Translations under genes and position numbers: made by a program
The notes under the pieces: generated by a model
The model's input: only the letters and a program-made list of their open reading frames with translations
The model's database searches: none
What the model was told of the DNA's origin: nothing
Part shown: positions 59,703 through 64,000 of the stretch, one piece after another
Numbering within the stretch: the first letter of the stretch is position 1
Layout: the number at the start of each line of letters is the position of its first letter
Source of the DNA: an uncultured delta proteobacterium
GTDB lineage: Bacteria > Myxococcota_A > Polyangia > Polyangiales > B10-G4
Direction: 5' to 3'
Assembly (NCBI GenBank): GCA_963727445.1
Contig: CAVSGI010000015.1
Location: 320,001 to 384,000 of the forward strand
DNA length: 64,000 bases

Positions 59703-62700
59703 ATGTCCCCCGTGCGGCCAATCTGGATATTCCTCATTGTTTTCGCGGCGCTCTGCCCAGTGGCGACGGCGTTCGGGCAGGAGCCAGTGGACGCGGGGGT
59801 GGTGGACTCGGCCGTCCCTGCGCCGGGCGAGGCTGACCGGGTGGAACGGCGCGAGCTCGAGGCCTCGCTGGACGCGCTGTCGAAGCTGGAGCAGGGCCAG
59901 CGGCCAGCCATCGACCCCACCGAGCTGCTCGGCTGCGACCCCGTCGACCCACAAGCCGTCGCCCTCCGCCTCGGGGAGCTTCAGGCCCAGGCCGAAACGC
60001 TCCGGGCATCGCTCACGACGCCGCAGCCGCCCAGCAGCACATCTGCCGACGCCGGGGTGCTGGCTGCTGACGCAGCGGCGCCGGTCGCCGAAGCCGCCGA
60101 AGCTGCCGCGGAGCCACTGAGCCTCGACGCCCTTCGCCTCGAGGTCCTCGACCGCTCGATCAGCTTCCTCGAAGAGCCGCTCCACGAGCGCGCCCTGGCC
60201 GTGGCGAACGACGAAGAGTCACGCCACCTCGCGCAGGAGCTCACCAGCTCGGCCGAGGAGGCGGCGCGCGCGCAGGTCGCCGCCAACGAGGCGGGCGAGG
60301 CGCGCCAGGCGGCCCTCGCCGAAGCGCACGCCGCTCTCGAGGGCGCCGCGCGGGAGCTCGGTGAAGAACGCGCCCGCGCCCTCGCCGTCAAGCGTGACCT
60401 GGCTCAGGCGTCCGGTACGCAAGCACGCGAGCGCAACCGCCTCGCGCGCGATGGCCGGCGGTGGTCGGCGCTCGTCTCCGAGATCAACCTCGTGGTCCGC
60501 CACGGCGAGCCCACCACCGAGGTCGCCGACGCGCTCTATGACCAGGTCGTCGTCGCTCTCGACGAGAGCCGCGGCGCCTTCGATCGGGCGCTCGAGGCCC
60601 TGGACGCGCCTTCGGATCAGCCCATCTACGAGCTCTCCCTCGATCTGTCGGCGGATCGCTACCGCGCGCATCCCAACGAGCGCGAGGACCTCTTGCGCGT
60701 CGTACGCGAGGTCGGCGAGATGCGCGACGAGGCCGTCGCCAAGGAGCGCAACTTCCGTTGGGATCGCGCGAAGGTGCTGGCCGCGGACGTGCGGAGCCTC
60801 GACGCGGCCCGCCGCGAGCTCCTGCCGCATACCAGCGCCGCGAAACGCCAGCGCCTGTTGAGCCTCGGCCCCGAAGGCATCAACCAGATCAAGCGCGAGG
60901 CGTACCACCTGGGCTTGATGGCGCGGTGGTATGCGCGGACCCGTCCCGCCGAGCTCGCCCAGCTCCCGAGCTTCCTCACCGACTCCCTGGCCCACTCCCA
61001 GAGCCGCTGGATCCTGATCCAGCTGTTGTTGGTCGTGCTCATCGCGCTCTTCCTCGTCGCCAGGCGTGAGACGCTCGCGACGCGCGTTCGCGAGATCCTC
61101 CTCAGCAACGCCGACACGCCGGACTCGATGGCGGTCGCCGATCAGTGGGCGCGCACCTTCGCCGCCCTCGCGGTACCACTCGCGATCCTCGCGGCCGTCT
61201 ACATCGGCTTCTCTCTCGCCGCCGAGCTGGGCGAGCCCCCAGAGCTCTTGCTCCTCCGCGCCGTCGCCGAAGCCCTCGCCTGGTACGGCGCGATCCTCTC
61301 GTTCGTCCACTACGGCATCGTCAGCCTCACGCGGGCGCGGCGCGCCGACATCCCACCCGCGCTGAGCCGCCGCATCCTCTCGTCGCTACGCCTCGTCGCC
61401 GGCTACGTGCTCTTCGCGGTGGTGCTCACCATCCTCGACCTGCACCTCGTCGGTCGCGGCTACATCCAAGAGCTGGTCTCCGAGTTCGCATGGATCGGCG
61501 CCTTCCCGATCCTCTTCGTGATCCTCCGGCAATGGCGCCTCGAGGTCACCAACCTCTACGGCCGCCTCCACCCCGCCTCGGCGCTCGCGCGTCTGCTCGA
61601 GCGCGGGCGCGACCGCTTCTGGTCCACCTTCGTGGTCCTGCCCGCGGCGCTGCACCTCGCCGTCCACGGCCTCTCCACCCTGGTGCAGGACACCGCCCTC
61701 CGCTTCGATCGCATCCGCCGCGCGCTCGCCTACCTCTTCCGCCGGCGCCTCGAACGCACCGCCGAGACGCTGGGCCACGGCACGGCCGACGTCACCGAGC
61801 TCCCCATCGCCCTGCGCCGCGCCTTCGAGGCGCGGGAGCTCTCCGCGGACGAGAAGGTCGATCGTTTCCCCGCCCTCGACGAGGTCCTCGAGCACGTCCT
61901 GACCTGGAAGAACGGCGGCGCAGGCATGAGCCTCGCGCTCGTCGGCCCCACCGGCGTGGGCAAGAGCACCTGGATCCGCGAGCTCAAGCTCCGCGCCGGC
62001 GAAGTGGACATCGTCGAGAGGACCCTCGACGACTCCCTCGAAGACGAGGCGGCGGTCGTGGGCGCCCTCGCCAAGACCTTCGGCCTCGAGGAGGTCCCCA
62101 CCACCGCGGATGCCCTGATCGAGGCGCTGAACGAGCTGCCTCCGCGGATGGTCCTGCTCGATCACGGCCAGAACCTGCATCTGCGCTGCGTGGGAGGCCT
62201 CGAGGGCCTGCGCGTCTTCGCGGTGATCGTGCGCCGCACGTCGCAGCGCTTCTTCTGGGTCAGCGTCTTTTCCCAGTACGCCTTCGAGCACATCAGCTAC
62301 GTCGTCGGCGGGACGCGCTCGCTCTTCATGCGGGTGGAGAAGCTGCCCGGCTGGAGCGAGGAGGAGCTGGGTCAGCTCATCGATCGCCGCATGGAGCACG
62401 CTGGTCTCATCGCCGAGTACGACGACCTCTTGCCGCCCTCCACGAGTGACATCGAGCGGGAGGCCGAGCTCACGCGCACACGCCTCAGATACCTACGTCT
62501 GCTCTGGGACTATACGGACGGGCTGCCCCGGGTGGCGCTCTACTACTGGCTCCGCTCGCTGGTCCTCGGAGACGGCGACACCGTTCGGGTCCGCCTCTTC
62601 GATGCGCCCGACGCCGACGACCTCGAGCACCTCGATCCCAGCACGCGCTTTCTCCTCCACGCCATCATCACTCACGAGAACCTCTCGATCGCGGAGGCGG

Positions 62701-62861
62701 TGCGGGTCCTGGCCATGCCCTCCGACGAGCTCAGCTCGCTCTTCGAGATCCTGCGCCTCGAGGGCTACATCACGCGCCATGGGGATCGGTATCGCGTCAC
62801 GACGCGCTGGGACCGCGCCGTGGTCGCGTACCTGCGACGAAAGCACCTGCTCTACACCTGA
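59703..62861 (+). CDS. Large membrane protein: exported coiled-coil region, multiple TM helices, P-loop ATPase domain
   Basis: Signal peptide, Ala/Glu/Arg helices, about 6-7 hydrophobic segments, LVGPTGVGKST Walker A, MVLLDH Walker B-like, TDGLPR..L..W. Confidence 0.8.
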   Translation: MSPVRPIWIFLIVFAALCPVATAFGQEPVDAGVVDSAVPAPGEADRVERRELEASLDALSKLEQGQRPAIDPTELLGCDPVDPQAVALRLGELQAQAETLRASLTTPQPPSSTSADAGVLAADAAAPVAEAAEAAAEPLSLDALRLEVLDRSISFLEEPLHERALAVANDEESRHLAQELTSSAEEAARAQVAANEAGEARQAALAEAHAALEGAARELGEERARALAVKRDLAQASGTQARERNRLARDGRRWSALVSEINLVVRHGEPTTEVADALYDQVVVALDESRGAFDRALEALDAPSDQPIYELSLDLSADRYRAHPNEREDLLRVVREVGEMRDEAVAKERNFRWDRAKVLAADVRSLDAARRELLPHTSAAKRQRLLSLGPEGINQIKREAYHLGLMARWYARTRPAELAQLPSFLTDSLAHSQSRWILIQLLLVVLIALFLVARRETLATRVREILLSNADTPDSMAVADQWARTFAALAVPLAILAAVYIGFSLAAELGEPPELLLLRAVAEALAWYGAILSFVHYGIVSLTRARRADIPPALSRRILSSLRLVAGYVLFAVVLTILDLHLVGRGYIQELVSEFAWIGAFPILFVILRQWRLEVTNLYGRLHPASALARLLERGRDRFWSTFVVLPAALHLAVHGLSTLVQDTALRFDRIRRALAYLFRRRLERTAETLGHGTADVTELPIALRRAFEARELSADEKVDRFPALDEVLEHVLTWKNGGAGMSLALVGPTGVGKSTWIRELKLRAGEVDIVERTLDDSLEDEAAVVGALAKTFGLEEVPTTADALIEALNELPPRMVLLDHGQNLHLRCVGGLEGLRVFAVIVRRTSQRFFWVSVFSQYAFEHISYVVGGTRSLFMRVEKLPGWSEEELGQLIDRRMEHAGLIAEYDDLLPPSTSDIEREAELTRTRLRYLRLLWDYTDGLPRVALYYWLRSLVLGDGDTVRVRLFDAPDADDLEHLDPSTRFLLHAIITHENLSIAEAVRVLAMPSDELSSLFEILRLEGYITRHGDRYRVTTRWDRAVVAYLRRKHLLYT

Positions 62862-62873
62862 GGCAGACCGACG

Positions 62874-63716
62874 ATGGACGACACCACACAGCTCTTTCAA
62901 TTCCTGAAGCCGGGTGGCGTGCTCCCCGCCGCGCTCGTGATCGTCGTCACCTGGCTCGCCGCGCGGACGTTGACCCGCTTCGCCGAGGGGCTCGGCGCTC
63001 GCTTCACCCAGCGCCGGCTCTTTCTCAACCAGGGCGCCACCATCATCCGCCTGGTGCTCTACTTCATCGCAGCGATCGTCGTCGTCGCGCTGGTGCTCGA
63101 CCTCTCCCGGGAAGCGTGGCTGGCGGCTGGCGGCACGCTCGCGGTCGCGCTCGGCTTCGCGTTCAAGGACTTCGCCGCATCCATCGTCGCAGGGGTCATG
63201 ATCCTCGTCGATCGACCGTTTCAGGTGGGCGATCGCATCACCTTCGGCGAGCACTACGGCGAGGTGCGCCAGATCGGTCTGCGCACCGTACGCGTCGTCA
63301 CCCTCGACGACAGCGTGGTCACCATTCCGAACAACAAGTTCCTCATCGACCCCGTGACCTCTGGCAACGCGGGCGCCCTCGACATGATGATCGAGATGAG
63401 CTTTCACGTGGGCGTCGACCAGAACCTCGACGTCGCCATGCGCATCGTCCGTGACGCGCTGACCTCGAGTCGCTACGCCTACATCGAAAAGCCGTGGCAG
63501 ATCGTGGTCTCGGAGATCATCCAGGACGGCTACTTCGCGCTTTGTCTCACGGCGAAGGCGTACGTCCTCGACGTGCAGTACGAGAAGGCGTTTCAGACCG
63601 ACGTGACCGCGCGCGTTCATCGCGCCTTCCGCGAGGAGGGGATCCGTCCTCCCTCCGTTCTTCACCGCGGCATCGGCGAAGGTCGGGCGCGCCCGCAGAA
63701 GATAGAGGCCGCTTGA
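62874..63716 (+). CDS. MscS family mechanosensitive channel
   Basis: ALGFAFKD, RPFQVGDRI, GEVRQIGLRT, VTIPNN. Confidence 0.9.
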   Translation: MDDTTQLFQFLKPGGVLPAALVIVVTWLAARTLTRFAEGLGARFTQRRLFLNQGATIIRLVLYFIAAIVVVALVLDLSREAWLAAGGTLAVALGFAFKDFAASIVAGVMILVDRPFQVGDRITFGEHYGEVRQIGLRTVRVVTLDDSVVTIPNNKFLIDPVTSGNAGALDMMIEMSFHVGVDQNLDVAMRIVRDALTSSRYAYIEKPWQIVVSEIIQDGYFALCLTAKAYVLDVQYEKAFQTDVTARVHRAFREEGIRPPSVLHRGIGEGRARPQKIEAA

Positions 63717-64000
63717 GCGAGCTCGACTTCGTCCGCGAAGCGTCGGCGCTCCGCGCCTCGCTGGTGTCGGGGCGGGGGCACTACGAGTCGGTGATCGAGG
63801 CGGTGCGGAGCGCCGAGATCAGCGTCTGGATCGCGACCGCCAACCTGAAGGAGCTGATGGTCGAGGACCATCGACTCATACCCGGCCGCCGCCGCACCCG
63901 CGGGCGCAGCGGCTATCGCTCCATCATCGAGGAGCTGGGCGAGCTCGCCGCTTCGGGCGTCGAGATCCGAGTCCTGCACGCCTCGCTGCCTTCGCGCGCG
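63713..64000 (+). CDS. Phospholipase D-like domain protein, 3'-truncated by the window edge (absent from the ORF track)
   Basis: My translation from TTG 63713: ...HYESVIEAVRSAEISVWIATANLKEL...LAASGVEIRVLH, like a PLD N-terminal half; an HKD motif would lie beyond the window. Confidence 0.6.
   Translation, partial: MSELDFVREASALRASLVSGRGHYESVIEAVRSAEISVWIATANLKELMVEDHRLIPGRRRTRGRSGYRSIIEELGELAASGVEIRVLHASLPSRA

Overview
A GC-rich (roughly 70%) bacterial chromosomal segment. Gene content and protein style point to a myxobacterium, probably Polyangiales/Sandaracinaceae-like (inference). The window appears to be origin-proximal: an oriC-like locus (degenerate DnaA boxes, a trinucleotide repeat and an AT-rich element) lies directly upstream of dnaN-recF with no dnaA or gyrB beside it, and two parS palindromes sit inside a HEAT-repeat/cyclophilin gene about 30 kb away. 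Recognisable content: an actinobacterial-type aryl-carotenoid cluster (crtI, crtB, methyltransferase, crtU, Rieske/DUF5914, lycopene cyclase), an orphan FliI/SctN ATPase, dnaJ, an RluA-family gene, pcm, a DUF2271-like/CFI-box + DUF4266 + DUF3570 operon, uvrB, trxA/ArsR, serC, tRNA-Ala(CGC), glutaryl-CoA dehydrogenase, bioF/bioD, uppS-cdsA, glutamate dehydrogenase, an Omp85-DUF4390-NtrY-like-TlpA operon, a Fic protein lacking the catalytic His, an imuA-imuB-dnaE2 cassette with a LexA-like box, an Fpg/Nei glycosylase and a membrane P-loop ATPase-MscS-PLD operon. The best candidate for an undescribed system is a lipoprotein with Fam20C/Four-jointed-type kinase motifs, divergent from an exported NAGPA-family phosphodiester glycosidase and near a DUF2079 membrane protein. 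Six conserved genes carry small indels that are most likely sequencing errors. All family assignments come from motif recognition by eye; no database searches were run.
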